Below, piece by piece: positions 1 to 12,357 of a DNA stretch of 64,000 bases. A model generated the notes under the pieces. The model was not told the origin of the DNA and ran no database searches. It saw nothing but the letters and a program-made list of their open reading frames with translations. How positions within the stretch are numbered: the stretch's first letter is position 1; each line of letters opens with the position of its first letter. A program made the position numbers and the translations under genes. Source of the stretch: Octopus sinensis (lineage: Eukaryota); contig NC_043014.1 of the NCBI RefSeq assembly GCF_006345805.1, positions 54,870,001 through 54,934,000 of the forward strand, given 5' to 3'.

Positions 1-35
1 CAAATTCTACCAAAGCTAACTTGGTCCTCCATCCT

Positions 36-262
36 CATCATCATCATCATTGTTCGACCATGATCGAGACAATGGAATTTACCATGCTACGCCAGACTTC
101 ACAGTCCATCATAGCATTACGGAGGTCCTGTTGGTGGATGCCTGTATCCCTGAAGATTACATCAGGGTAGGAGAGTGTGCGCCCTCTGGTATTGCGAGTA
201 GATGGCTTCCAGAGGAGAAGAGTAGAAATTGCCTCGTTTTCAGCTCCATCCTTCAAAGCTGA
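36..262 (-). mobile_element. 5'-truncated RTE-clade LINE, 3' end
   Basis: Minus frame LLLWKPSTRNTRGRTLSYPDVIFRDTG...LRNAMMDCEVWRSMV resembles the RTE ORF C-terminus and runs into a (TGA)n tail. Confidence 0.8.
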
Positions 263-552
263 TAAAAAAAAGAAAAAAACAGGTACCATACCACCGCCTT
301 GGGTGGTATTTGTTCCTGCTTTTTTTGCCCTCTAAGTTCAAGTCCCACCATGGCCTACTTGGGTAGTAGATTTAACTGGACGCCAAGTTTAATGTCACAC
401 CCTGGCACCTTCGGTGCCGCTAGCGATGTCCCCTTTGCTACAAATATTCCAATCAGCTTTATGGTTTAAGGATATTTTCTTCCCTCCATCCCCCTTCTTG
501 TCTCTGCGGTTGTTTTGCGATGGGCCCAAGGGACACTGGCTCCTTCTCCTGA

Positions 553-912
553 CACAGGTGTGGCTGTGTGACAAGAGGCTTCCTTCCTAACCATGTGGTC
601 TTAGGTTCAGTCCCACTGTACAGCAACTTGGGTAAAGGTCTTCTACTATAGCCCAGGGCCGATCAAGGCCTTGAGGGTGAATTTGGTAGACGGAAACTGA
701 AAGAAGTCCGTCTCTCACCACAGCTTGACAAACGGTGCTGGTTTGTTTACATCCTCCTAACTTACGGTTCGGTACAAAGAAAGCGATAAAATAAGCATCA
801 GGCATAAAAATAAGTCCTGGGGTTGATTCGCATGATCAAAACCTGTGAAAGTGCTGCCCCAGCATGGCCGCAGTCTAATGCCCGAAACAAATTAGGAGAT
901 AAAAGAGATAAG
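553..912 (+). mobile_element. SINE family A (tRNA-derived), degenerate
   Basis: Head tggctgtgtg...ggttcagtcccact; tail ccagcatggccgcagtc...gaaacaa. Confidence 0.75.
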
Positions 913-949
913 AACAAAAATCATAGGAGTTATTTCCCTTTGGCCATAG

Positions 950-1023
950 ATGTTTTAATGCTGTGATTCTTGAAGAGAAAGATTGCCTCCAGGAAGAAAT
1001 TCCAGTATTTCAGTTACGAAATG
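950..1023 (+). CDS. Possible upstream exon of the same gene (CFNAVILEEKDCLQEEIPVFQLRN)
   Basis: Acceptor tttccctttggccatag|, 24 open codons of protein-like composition, and a phase-1 exit. The donor (G|GTTTTA) is weak. Confidence 0.25.
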
Positions 1024-1284
1024 GTTTTAGGATGAAAAATTGTTTGTTTTGCTAATTTTCTTTTCTTTAATGTCAATTTTAAGGAAGCATCAAAAATTTT
1101 CAATTTCTTTTTTTTTTTCTTACATAAAAAGTATTCAATTCCTTAAAAAGTCCACATTAAAATACTGAAGACAGAAAAATGGAATAAAAAGTGAAAAAAA
1201 ACACCAATTCTACCATTAAGTGCGTCAATCGGTTGCACAGCTAATTATAAAAACGAAAATGGTTTAATCAGATACCATAGTTTC

Positions 1285-1882
1285 ACAGTCAGTCAAATAT
1301 GTTTTCAATTTGCACAAGATTTGGCTGCTATTTCTAACAAGTCAAACAACTATGTGAAACACAATCTGCAAATTAACCCTTTGGATACCAACCTTGTTGA
1401 AACCACCTCTGGCTCTGTAGTACAAATGTCTTGTTTTCAAAAGTTCTGAATTAAAATCTTCCACCAAACCTTAGTCACAATTTATGTTCCTAACACTAGC
1501 TGAATGATAACTAAGTTATTTTACTAAATTCCTTGTTATATTTAAAGTAATTAAAAGAAACACAGAGGATCTCAACAGAAATACGGTAACGAAAGGGTTA
1601 AAGACAGTCAGTCAAGTGTGTCTTCAATTTGCACAAGATTTGGCTGCTATTTCTAACAAGTCAAACAACTATGTGAAACAAAATCTGCAAATTAACCTTT
1701 TTGATATCAACCCGGCTGAAACCGCCTCTGGCTCTGAGTACAAATGTCTTGTTTCCATAAGTTTTGAATTAAAATCTTCCACCAAACCTTAGTCACAATT
1801 TATGTTCCTAACACTAGCTTAATTGATATAACTAAGTTATTTTACTAAATTCTTTGTTATATTTAAAGTAATTGAAAGAAGC
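1285..1882 (+). repeat. Older ~319-bp tandem duplication including a MITE and its left flank
   Basis: acagtcagtcaa...ttaacc starts at 1285 and 1604; the copies differ by scattered substitutions. Confidence 0.85.
1377..1597. mobile_element. piggyBac-like MITE (family B)
   Basis: TTAA|CCCTTT...AAAGGG|TTAA termini. A second, right-truncated copy lies at ~1694-1882. Confidence 0.75.
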
Positions 1883-2435
1883 ATAGTAATAGATACAGTA
1901 TCGGAAGTGTTAAAGCTTTGATCCTATGTTAGAAATCTCTCGCATAATATTAAAGATTGGAACTATAAAAGAGAAGCATGAAATGGGGCTGTGGTGAAGA
2001 AGTTTGCTTTGCAATCATGAGGTCAACTCTACAGCATGGCATCTTGGGCAAATGTCACTTTTTGTAGTCCCCGGTCCATCCATAGCTTGTAAGTGTAATG
2101 CAGGTGAAACTGTATGGGAACCAGTCAGGTGAATTGCAAAAACACGCATTGAGTCGAACCAGGGGCAGCTGATGAAGGGGAATATTCCTTGTATTGTTGT
2201 CCTGTACTCTGTTTTTTCGTTGTTAAAAAAAGGTCCATTTCCTTGTTTGATTTTGTTTTCGTTTCTCGTGTTCTACGTTTATTTGTGGTGTCCTGTACTC
2301 ATATATATATATATGCTTGTATATATACATATAGATGTAAGTATGTACATATGCGTATGTATATATGCATATATTTTATTTATTTATTATATTATTATAT
2401 GACTGAACGCACACGTCGTTTCTCTTCTCCAAGTA

Positions 2436-2471
<36 letters not shown>

Positions 2472-2587
2472 CTGTTGTGTCTGGGGAGAGTCATTCTCTT
2501 TTGGTGCCTTATAATTTAACACAGTCACTGGTGAGTTTGCTAAATTATAAGTCACAAAAAGAAAATGACTCTCTCCAGACTCAACAG
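2472..2587. mobile_element. Short palindromic MITE
   Basis: ~46-bp imperfect inverted arms (tgttgtgtctggggagagtcattctc...ttataattta / taaattataa...gaaaatgactctctccagactcaaca) around a ~22-bp spacer. Confidence 0.65.
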
Positions 2588-2662
2588 AATATGCTTCAAC
2601 ACACGATCTCACATAAAGAATCTTGCAAACCAAATCCAAAAACGAAATACACACACACACAC

Positions 2663-3012
2663 ATGAAGTATGGTACACAGAAAGCTCCTGGACTCTCAGG
2701 AATCACCACTGAGACGCTTAAAATATCTGGTGGGGTGGGATATGAGCTTGTCACCCATGGAGTTAATCAGGTTGTCCACAAGGGAGTCACTCCTGTAAAG
2801 GTAAAAGGGATACCTTGGACAGAAGTAATTACAGAGTCATCCAATTACTGGAACAGGTGATGAAAGTTACAGAAAGAGTAACGAGTCAATTAATTAGGAA
2901 AAGAGTTAACCTAGGTGAGATGCAGCTTGGTTTTTGTACCTGAAAGAAACACTACCAAAGCTATCTTCCAGGTAAGGCAGCCGCAGCAGAAGCGCTTGGC
3001 CAAAAATAACCC
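2663..3012 (+). mobile_element. Degenerate RTE-clade LINE reverse transcriptase fragment
   Basis: KAPGLSGITTETLKISG, then after a frameshift KGKGDTLDRSNYRVIQLLEQVMKVTERV...MQLGFVPERNTTKAIFQVRQ, which are RTE RT motifs. Confidence 0.85.
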
Positions 3013-4241
3013 CCACCCACCACCACCACCACTGTACTCGGCTTTTGCTGACCTTTGACTGGATCACCCATTCTGTTATCCTGTGGGCAATGTGGAAACT
3101 AGGGATAGACAAGCATTTGGTGAAAGCTGTCCAAACCGTTCGACTCATGCCAGCATGGAAAATGGATGTCAAATGATGATGATGATGATGATGTGTGTGT
3201 GTGTAAACCAAAGTATCAAGATATGTTACTTATTCGCAAAAGAGATGTAACCTAGTCATTTGATAAATAGAGATCAATAAAATAAGTACCCGGGTGAAAT
3301 AATTATTGGGGTTCTTAATGATTAAGTGAAGGTGCATGGCCTTGTGTCTAGGGTGTTATGTGCATGATCACTAAGTTGTGGGTCCAGCCACGGGAGCAGC
3401 ATGTTATGTCCTTGAATGAGACAATTTGCTTCCCATTGGCTTCAGTTTAGTCATCTGATAAGGAATCCCGGCCCAGTCCTGCTGCCACCTTTGCCCCTTC
3501 CAACTGCCACATCCTGGATGTTTTCAGTTGGATCAAGAGTGGGACTGTTGGATTAAGGTGTTTATGTGTGTTCATGATTACACGGACACCTGAAACAGTT
3601 AACAAAGGCAAGGTACATCATGGGTACCTGAAACAATTAACCAAAGCATGGTACACACTGCCACCAACTCATACTCATTTGTGAGTGAAGGCCATGGTTT
3701 TTTTGGCGGGGAGGGTTTTAAGGGGTTTTTTTCATCCCTTTAAGACCAACTAAAAATAATCCATTGAAGGTTAAATACTCCAGCATTGACCTGAGTGAAA
3801 TCCATCAAAATAGACAAACAACTAAAATGGATGATTTAAAGAGAATGGAGATAATTAAGATTAGCCACAATAAACGGAGCTTACCTCGTTAAGTCATTAA
3901 ACATGGCAGGCAAACAGAATTATTAATTGTTCAGTCAGACAATGGTTGTGGCTCTCAGTGAATGAATATCTGCATGTGGTCTTCACTCTTCTCTCAATGT
4001 ATTTGTAAATAATCTGACAGAACAGTTGAAGAATAAATTCATATCAATACAATATCTACACCAGAGCAGTTTGCATTGTATAGAACACAATTTAATGGTG
4101 TTTGTAGAGAAAGAATCATAGATCAAATCCAAAGAATGTCTTGAATGTTGGCAAAAACCATGACCTGTCCTCTCTTGAAGTGAATCTAACAGTTTTTTGT
4201 GTGTTTTAAAATGGCTTATAAACACCTTCCACACTGCAAAT

Positions 4242-4895
<654 letters not shown>

Positions 4896-4939
4896 ATATA
4901 TATATATATATATATAAATATATATACATATATATATAC

Positions 4940-4970
<31 letters not shown>

Positions 4971-5718
4971 TACATACATATATATATATATATGTATGTA
5001 TGTGTGTGTGCGTGTGTGCGTGTATATATATATATCATGTGTATGTGTGTGTGTGTATTTGTGTGCTTCTTGTCTTCATGTCACATAATAGTTGTAAACG
5101 ATCCTCACTGTCATACAAGCAGTGTCCTTCATTTCCAATCTTTCAAGAATAACATTTTTAGCTACAAAAAAGTCTTAACTAGTTCGGAAACAGCTGAGGG
5201 TTGGCAACAGGAAGGCCATCCAGTCGCAGAAATCTGTCTCAACAAATTCTGTCAAAGCCATGGAAGAATGAAAAAGTTGGCATTAAAATGATGATAATAA
5301 TGGTGAGGTTTGGGTGTGGGTGTGCAGTGATGAGTTTGCTTCCCAACCACATGGTTCCGAGTTCAGTCCCACTGCGTGGCACTTTGGGCGAGTGCCTTCT
5401 ATTATAGCCTCAGGCTGAACAAAGCCTTGTGAGTGGATTTGGTAAACAGAAACTGAAAGAAGCCCATCATATGTGTGTGTGTGTGTCTGTGTTTCTCTTT
5501 GTGTCTGTTTGTTCCCCTTTACTGCTTGACCCCAATACTGACGTGTTTATGTCCCTGTAACATACCAGTTCATCAAGAGAAACCAATAACGCCATAATAG
5601 ATCGTTAGCTCCTAACACATTTTTTTTCTCTCCTTGTTTCTTTTCTGTGTATCTTTCTGTCGAAGAGCGTAGGCTTGAAACGTAAAAGACTATTTCTATT
5701 CCTGAGCACTATACTAAT

Positions 5719-6178
5719 ATCATCATCATCATCATCATCGTTTAGCATCCGTTTTCCATGCTAGCATGGGTTGGACGGGTCAACTGGGGTCTGTGAAGCT
5801 GGAAGGCTTCGTCAGGCCCAGTCAGATCTGGCAGTGTTTCTACGGCTGGATGCCCTTCCTAACGCCAACCACTCCGCGAGTGTAGTGGGTGTTTTTTACG
5901 TGCCATCTGCACAGGTGCCAGACAGAGCTGGCGAACGGCACGAACGGATGGTGCTTTTACGTGTCACCGGCACGGGGCCAGGCGATGCTGGCAACGGACA
6001 CGAACGGATGGTGCTTTTACGTGCCACCGACACGGGGCCAGACAGAGCTGGCAACCGGCCACGAACGGACGGTGCTTTTACGTGTCACCGGCACGGGGGC
6101 CAGCCGAGGCTGGCAACGGACGCGAACGGATGGTGCTTTTACGTACCACCGACACGGTTGCCAGACAGAGCTGGCAAA
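5719..6178 (-). mobile_element. Retroposon family B with 4-5 tandem ~60-bp monomers
   Basis: (CAT)n tail on the left; the ggtgcttttacgt monomer recurs at 5950, 6010, 6071 and 6132. Confidence 0.88.
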
Positions 6179-6440
6179 TATACATATATATATGTATGTA
6201 TATATACATATATATATATATGTATATATACATATATATTTATACATGCATATATATACATCGGCCAAAGCTTTGAACTCACTGTCAACAACATTCTTGC
6301 TAAAGAATAATGTAATCTAAATGATAAGAAGACAAAGAAAATTTATTAATGACTCGTTAAAATTGTTTCTGTACCAACTCTCTAATTCCATCGCTAGTTT
6401 ACGCAAAACTTCTAAGTGAAAATTTGCATAATGTTTGCAG

Positions 6441-6482
6441 TTTTAGACATTGAAGAGGCACATCCTCAGACTTGCATCAAAG
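6441..6482 (+). CDS. Internal coding exon (42 nt, phase 1-1) of an unidentified spliced gene: xLDIEEAHPQTCIK
   Basis: Acceptor tgtttgcag| (an in-frame alternative ttttag| ends at 6446) and strong donor AAG|GTGAGC. Open frame; phase matches the exon at 10014. Confidence 0.6.
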
Positions 6483-6550
6483 GTGAGCTGTTACATGTTT
6501 GCGTAAACTGGCAAATAGAGTTGGTACAGAAGCATTTGTATAAATATGTA

Positions 6551-7116
6551 CAAGGTCTGATTAATATGTATCCGGATCGTTGCCATAGTAACAAAGCTAA
6601 AGCACACAGAGTGAAGCTGCTTGACACAGACTGACATTGAACTCTGCTGGGCATGTGTACTAAGTGTTAACATTCTAGCTCACTTCTGCTGTTTACAGCA
6701 GTGCCTGGAAGGAAGGTGTGTTGCGTGGGATCATCACATTGACCATGACAGAAAATTGTCGTGGCGATACCTGCTCAGAGCCCTTTGGAAAGTTGCAGAA
6801 AGTATATGGAGAGGAGTGTATGAGCGACACACAAGTGTAAGAGTGGTTCAGACGTTTCCAAGATGGCTGAAAAAATGTCAATAGTGACGAATTTTCTGGG
6901 AGACTCGCAACCAGCAGAACTGAGAAAATCATTGCAGATGTGCATACTACACACCTTCCTTCCAAGCACTGCTGTAAACAGCAAAAGCAAGCTAGAATTT
7001 TAAAACTTAGTACACATGCACAGCAGAGTGCAAGGTCAACCTGTGCCAAGTGACTTCACCCGACACGGTTTAGCTTCGTTACTATAGCAACAGTCTGGAT
7101 ACTTATTGATCAGACC
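6551..7116. mobile_element. Mariner-derived non-autonomous element with ~175-bp terminal inverted repeats
   Basis: 6551-6725 is the reverse complement of ~6945-7116. The interior reads KLQKVYGEECMSDTQV*EWFRRFQDG*KNVNSDEFSGR (mariner HTH region). TA precedes the left end. Confidence 0.85.
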
Positions 7117-7183
7117 ACACACACATCTATACTCACATACATATATATATATATAGATTACATATATAGATAATATATATATA

Positions 7184-7560
7184 GGCGCAGGAGTGACTGT
7201 GTGGTAAGTAGCTTGCTTACCAACCACATGATTCCGGGTTCAGTCCCACTGCGTGGCACCTTGGGCAAGTGTCTTCTCTCGGGCCGACCAAAGCTTTGTG
7301 AGTGGATTTGGTAGACGGAAACTGAAAGAAGTCTGTCATATATATGTATGTGTGTGTGTGTTTGTCCCCCTAGCATTGCTTGACAACCGATGCTGGTGTG
7401 TTTACGTCCCCGTCACTTAGCGGTTCGGCAAAAGAGAGCGATAGAATAAGTACTGGGCTTACAAAAGAATAAGTCCCGGGGTCGATTTCCTTGACTAAAG
7501 GCGGTGCTCCAGCATGGACGCAGTCAAATGACTGAAACAAGTAAAAGAGTAAAAAGAGTA
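7184..7560 (+). mobile_element. SINE family A, full length
   Basis: ggcgcaggagtgactgtgtggtaag head with A/B boxes, internal (TA)(TG) tract and gactgaaacaagtaaaagagt tail. Confidence 0.9.
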
Positions 7561-8074
7561 TAGATTACACACACACACTGTAAAAGTCCTGTTAAAACCA
7601 TCGACCAGTTCAATATAAATTCACTTTACAGCCACCATTGAATCCCTCCATCGTCAGGTGGTCGTTAAGGAATATAATAATATGCCAGACATTCTCCAGC
7701 AGACAACTCACATCTAATCCAACTGTGTTGTTTCTTTGCTGCGCTCATTAGCAATCAGTCAATCAGACAATCAATCAATCAACCAACTTCAACATGGCTG
7801 CCTTGGTCGGTCGTCGAGACCCTCGTTACAATTCACACACATTAGCAAAGAGTTAATCAATGAGCTTCTCTGCATCTCTGCCTCTCGTTCTTATTGACTC
7901 GGTTTTATAATCTGGAGGTTGCTCTACTCCACATGGGAAGTTAAACAAAACTAGCTTTTAAAATTAGAAATTGAGGAAATAAACAAAAAACGAAAGGAAA
8001 GTATTGACTGTTTTGTTTTATTAATCATCTTTACCAAATCAAAATAGATGAACATCAATGGAATTTGTAGTTTT

Positions 8075-8475
8075 GTGGTACCAGTGCCAGTGGCACATAA
8101 GAAAACCATCCGAACATGGCCGTAGCCAGTACCGCATCGACTGGCCTCCGTGCTGTGGGCACGTAACAAACACCATCCGATCGTGGCCGTTCGCCAGCCT
8201 CATCTGGCACTTGTGTCGGTGGCACATAAAAACACCATCCGATCGTGGCCGTTCGCCAGCCTCGTCTGGCACCTGTGTCGGTGGCACATAAAATCACCCA
8301 CTACACTCTCGGAGTGGTTGGTGTTAGGAAGGGCATCCAGCTGTAGAAACACTGCCAAATCTGACTGGCCTGGTGCAGCCTTCGGGCTCCCCAGACCCCA
8401 GTTGAACCGTCCAACCCATGCTAGCATGGAAAGCGGACATTAAACGATGATGATGATGATGATGATGATGATGAG
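8075..8475 (+). mobile_element. Retroposon family B with ~3 monomers
   Basis: Monomers, then the family body and a (GAT)n tail. Confidence 0.85.
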
Positions 8476-8639
8476 GATGTATAGGAACAGGCGTGGCTGT
8501 GTAATAAGAAGTTTGCTTCCTATTACATGGTTCCGGGTTCAGTCCCACTGCATGGCACTTTGGCCAAGTGTCTTCTGCTCTAGCCTCAGCTCAGGCTGAC
8601 CAAAGACTTGTTGGTGAATTTTGTAGACAGAAACTGAAA

Positions 8640-9125
8640 GTCATAAAGTAATGCCATTTTATTTAGGGCAGATATAATTACCAAGGCAGGAACATGTATC
8701 AGGTATCAACATGAAGCTTATTATGAGTTTATTGTTTTTCTTTTTGGCAAGAAATCGACCAGATTGACCCCTTGAGCATCCCAAAAGACAGTCGCCATGA
8801 TTTTTCCAGCTGGTGACGTAGAGTGGCACCATTCCATTGACTGCCTCTTTGATTCCGGTCCATAATGATGAACCCATGTTTCATCACCTGTTACGAGCCT
8901 TCGAAAGAAGGTGTTGTCTCTTTGACTTTATAGGGAAGAAATGGCTCAAAGAACAGTCAACAGAATTTTTCGGGGCAGGGATACATGCTCTCATTTGAAG
9001 GTGGAACATTGCTCTTGAGGGAAATGGTGACTATGTTGAGAAGTAAGGATGTGATCCACAGACAACCAGCTTCATTTCGATGTATGATTACATGTTCCTC
9101 GTACATATTGTAGAGAGGATTATAA
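8640..9125. mobile_element. Mariner transposase remnant with an internal inversion
   Basis: Minus 8724-8906 reads RRLVTGDETWVHHYGPESKRQSMEW...AGKIMATVFWDAQGVNLVDFL. Plus 8942-9046 reads WLKEQSTEFFGAGIHALI*RWNIALEGNGDYVEK*. Confidence 0.88.
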
Positions 9126-9833
9126 CCTCTGCCTTAGCATAGGTGGAGGTATTGTTTTCAGTTGTGTTTGTTTGTTTGTCAATAGACAAGACATCTTAAG
9201 AACTGCTGGAAGGATTCGGATGAAACTTCCAGGGATGTTTGGCCTCATGATTGGCACAAACTGATTAGATTTTGGGATCGATCTGGTACTGGACAAGGAT
9301 TCTGGATTATTTTTCCGGATATTTTACTTAATCTTTGAGAGTGGTCAGGTTCATTTTTAGTATTCTCGTTCATGAGAGCAGTCGAGTTTATCTCAGATAT
9401 TCTCATTTTAAAAATCATCTTCATCTAATTGTTGAGAGGATGTTGGTGTTGGCAGAGGTTTGTGCTGAGTGCTCGTTATTATTCTCCACTCCCTGACGTT
9501 CCCTAACTCATGCTTCATCGGTCACCCTTCAACCTTACCCCTAATTTCTACAGTTGTCCCCACTCTCCCCTATCTCCTTATCATTCCTCAACTTTTGTTC
9601 ATAATACTCTGACCCTCTCTCACTCCCCTACACACCCTCTATCCACACACACTTCCTCTTCTCCCCACCTCAAACACAGAGGGTCCTTTACTTTTACTTA
9701 TTTCTTCTAGCTGTTTTTCTTTCGCTGTGTAGACAAACAACCAGGCCTAAAGAGAAAAAAATAAAAACTAAATGTTTTTGATAAGAAACTGAACTTCAAT
9801 TTAAAGTATAGCAGATGGGACAAATTTTAAGGC

Positions 9834-9942
9834 ATTGGAGTCTGGTGCAGCCATCTGGTTCGCCAGACCTCAGTCAAATCGTCCAACCCATGCTAGCATG
9901 GAAAGCAGACGTTAAATGATGATGATGATAATGATGATGATA
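9834..9942 (+). mobile_element. Family B 3' fragment
   Basis: ggagtctggtgcagcc...ccaacccatgctagcatggaaagcagacgttaaatgatgatg. Confidence 0.8.
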
Positions 9943-10013
9943 CTGTAAGAGCAAAATATTAGCAAAGCGAGAGAGAAAACACCACCTGGTTTTTGGGTTC
10001 ACTATTGTCACAG

Positions 10014-10115
10014 AGATTGGGTGGGTGAACATGACATTATATTGTAAGAGATCAGAGGACCCTCATCTTTCGATGAAAGCCTTTCTAATAAAGAACCCAT
10101 TTCATCCAAAAGAAG
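10014..10115 (+). CDS. Internal coding exon (102 nt, phase 1-1): EIGWVNMTLYCKRSEDPHLSMKAFLIKNPFHPKE
   Basis: Acceptor actattgtcacag| and donor GAAG|GTAAAA. The 34-codon open frame lies in unique sequence between two repeats; phases match both neighbouring exons. Confidence 0.65.
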
Positions 10116-10189
10116 GTAAAAAACAAAATAAAACAGCCAAAGCTATACCACCTGGCCTTCCATCTTGGGATGTTGAGGTGCAATAAACA

Positions 10190-10460
10190 CTAGGAATGCA
10201 TAGAAAATAGACTTCATCAAATGCCGAGGGAGATACGTAGTAACAGTAGATAGTTTCTGTAACCTAGGTGACCAAGTCAGCAGTGTAGGAGGAGGATGTT
10301 CTAAGAGTGTAACTGCAAGAATAAGAATGGGTAAAGTTCAGAGAGTTTCTACTTTTGTTGGTTAGAAAGAGCCTCTCTCTCAGAGTGAAAGGCAGATTGT
10401 ACGGAGTCTGTGTACAAAGAGCCACATGGCAGTGAAATGTGGGCTGTGACTGCAGAGGAC
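10190..10460 (+). mobile_element. Degenerate RTE-clade LINE RT C-terminal fragment
   Basis: VVDSFCNLGDQVSS...CSKSVTARIRMG...LSLRVKGRLYGVCV...GSEMWAVTAED, with frameshifts. Confidence 0.8.
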
Positions 10461-10900
10461 ATCATCATCGTTTAACGTCCACTTTCCATGGTTGGACGAT
10501 TTTGACTGAGGGCTGGTGAACCAGATGGCCGCACCAGGCTCCAGTCTTGATCTGGCAGAGTTTCTACAGCTGGATGCCCTTCCTAACGCCAACCACTCCG
10601 AGAGTGTAGTGGGTGCTTTTTATGTGCCACCGGCATGGGGCCAGTTTGGTGGTACTGGCAACGGCCACGCTCAAATGGTGCTTTTTATGTGCCACCTGCA
10701 CAGGAGCCATTCCAGCGGCACTGGCAACGACAATGAACTCGCTCGAATGTTTTTTCACATGCCACCAGCACAAGTGCTTGTAAGGCAACGCTGGTAACGA
10801 TCACGCTTGAATGGTGTTTTTAACGTCCCAATGGCACGGAGGCCAGCTTGTCGCTCTGGCAACGATCTCACTCATATGGTACTCTTAGCGCTCCACTGGC
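10461..10900 (-). mobile_element. Retroposon family B
   Basis: Reverse complement of the body plus degenerate monomers. A + strand tail fragment follows at ~10905-11055. Confidence 0.8.
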
Positions 10901-11119
10901 ACACTGTTTAAAGTGGTCAGCATTAGGAAAGGCATCCAGCTGTAAGAAATCAAACCAAAGCAGACGACTGGAGTCTGGTGCAACTCTCTGGCCTGGCTGG
11001 TGCCAATCAAGCCGTTTGACCCATGCCAACCACAGAAAACAGATGTTAGATAACAATGACACAAGTTTGAATATTCAAATGAGAAAGTCAGAGGCAGTAA
11101 GTTTCATTTATTGTTACAG

Positions 11120-11160
11120 AATGGAAGATTCCCTTCCTATCTTCTGTGGTTTGCCAGTAA
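11120..11160 (+). CDS. Terminal coding exon: EWKIPFLSSVVCQ*
   Basis: Acceptor tttcatttattgttacag|. The phase-1 continuation from 10115 reads to TAA at 11158-11160. Confidence 0.55.
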
Positions 11161-11444
11161 TATGTCTGTTGGGGTTTCCTAAACCCTGAATGAGCGGATT
11201 ATGGGGAAACTCTGAGTACCAAAGAAGTGAATCATTGACTTTATACGAATATATTGATAACCTTGACGAATACATTCAAAACAGATTTTCCATTGAGAAC
11301 TGCACAATTCGCTGCAAGATATGACAACCCTAACCCTGACCCTAACCATTGTCACGACAACACTAACAGATGAATATACATCAATTTTTTTAGAGCATGA
11401 TCTGTTGATGAGTTTTTAAAAAAAAGATATATATATATATAAAC

Positions 11445-11797
11445 GGAGGAGTTGGTGTGTGGAAAGTAGCTTGCTTCCCAACCACATGGTTCTGGGTTTA
11501 GTCCCACTGCGTGGCACCTTGGACAAGTATCGTCTACTATAGCCTCCGGCTGAACAAAGCCTTGTGAGTGGATTTGGTAGAAGGAAACTGAAAGAAGCAG
11601 GTCGTTTGTCCCCCCACCCCCACTATCGCTTGACAACCGATGTTGGTGTGTTTACGTCCCCATAGCTTGGCGGTTCGGCAAAAAAAGTGACTGATAGAAT
11701 AAGTGCTAGGCTTACAAAAGAATAAGTCCCGGGGTTGAATTTGTTCGACTAAAGGCGGTGCTCCAGCATGGCCGCAGTCATGAAACAAGTAAAAGAA
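11445..11797 (+). mobile_element. SINE family A
   Basis: Same head, body and tail as the 7184 copy. Confidence 0.85.
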
Positions 11798-12171
11798 TGT
11801 GCTTAATTATTAACCTTGACTCAATTAGGTCGCTAATGTTTTGTACTGAAGGTCAAGGACCCTCTAATTACGAACGTATTCGACAAGATTACTATTCACA
11901 CACACACATATATTTGTGTGTGTGTATATATATTACAAACGCTTTTTTTTTAATTCAAAAGAGTACTCGTTACATGTTGTAGAGTATATATATTTGTAAA
12001 TCGTTAGATATTTCCTCTGTTACCATTCAGTTTCTCACTCAATTCGCTATTTCAATTTCACTGTGAACTATAGAATCAATCGTATTGAAGGATAAACTCG
12101 GAGTAGCGACCGAGTATACCCCAGCTTCGTATAGTGCACATGAGCACTGCATACAATTCCATCCATATAAT

Positions 12172-12204
<33 letters not shown>

Positions 12205-12325
12205 AACATTATATTATATACAGGCGTATACAAAACCATACATACGGCCACATGTGTATTATATATATATATATATGTATACACACATGTGGACGTATAT
12301 ATATATATACACACACATGTAGACG

Positions 12326-12357
<32 letters not shown>

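Noticed and set aside
3784-4150. Further candidate + strand exons (IDLSEIHQ...; EQLKNKF...)
   Set aside because: Weak or phase-incompatible splice sites; could not be joined reliably to the 6441 exon.
5940-6178. Regularly spaced ~60-bp repeats resembling a CRISPR array
   Set aside because: There are no unique spacers, the context is eukaryotic, and the repeats are part of retroposon family B.
11328-11347. ccctaaccctgaccctaacc, telomere-like
   Set aside because: About three imperfect units; too short to call an interstitial telomere.
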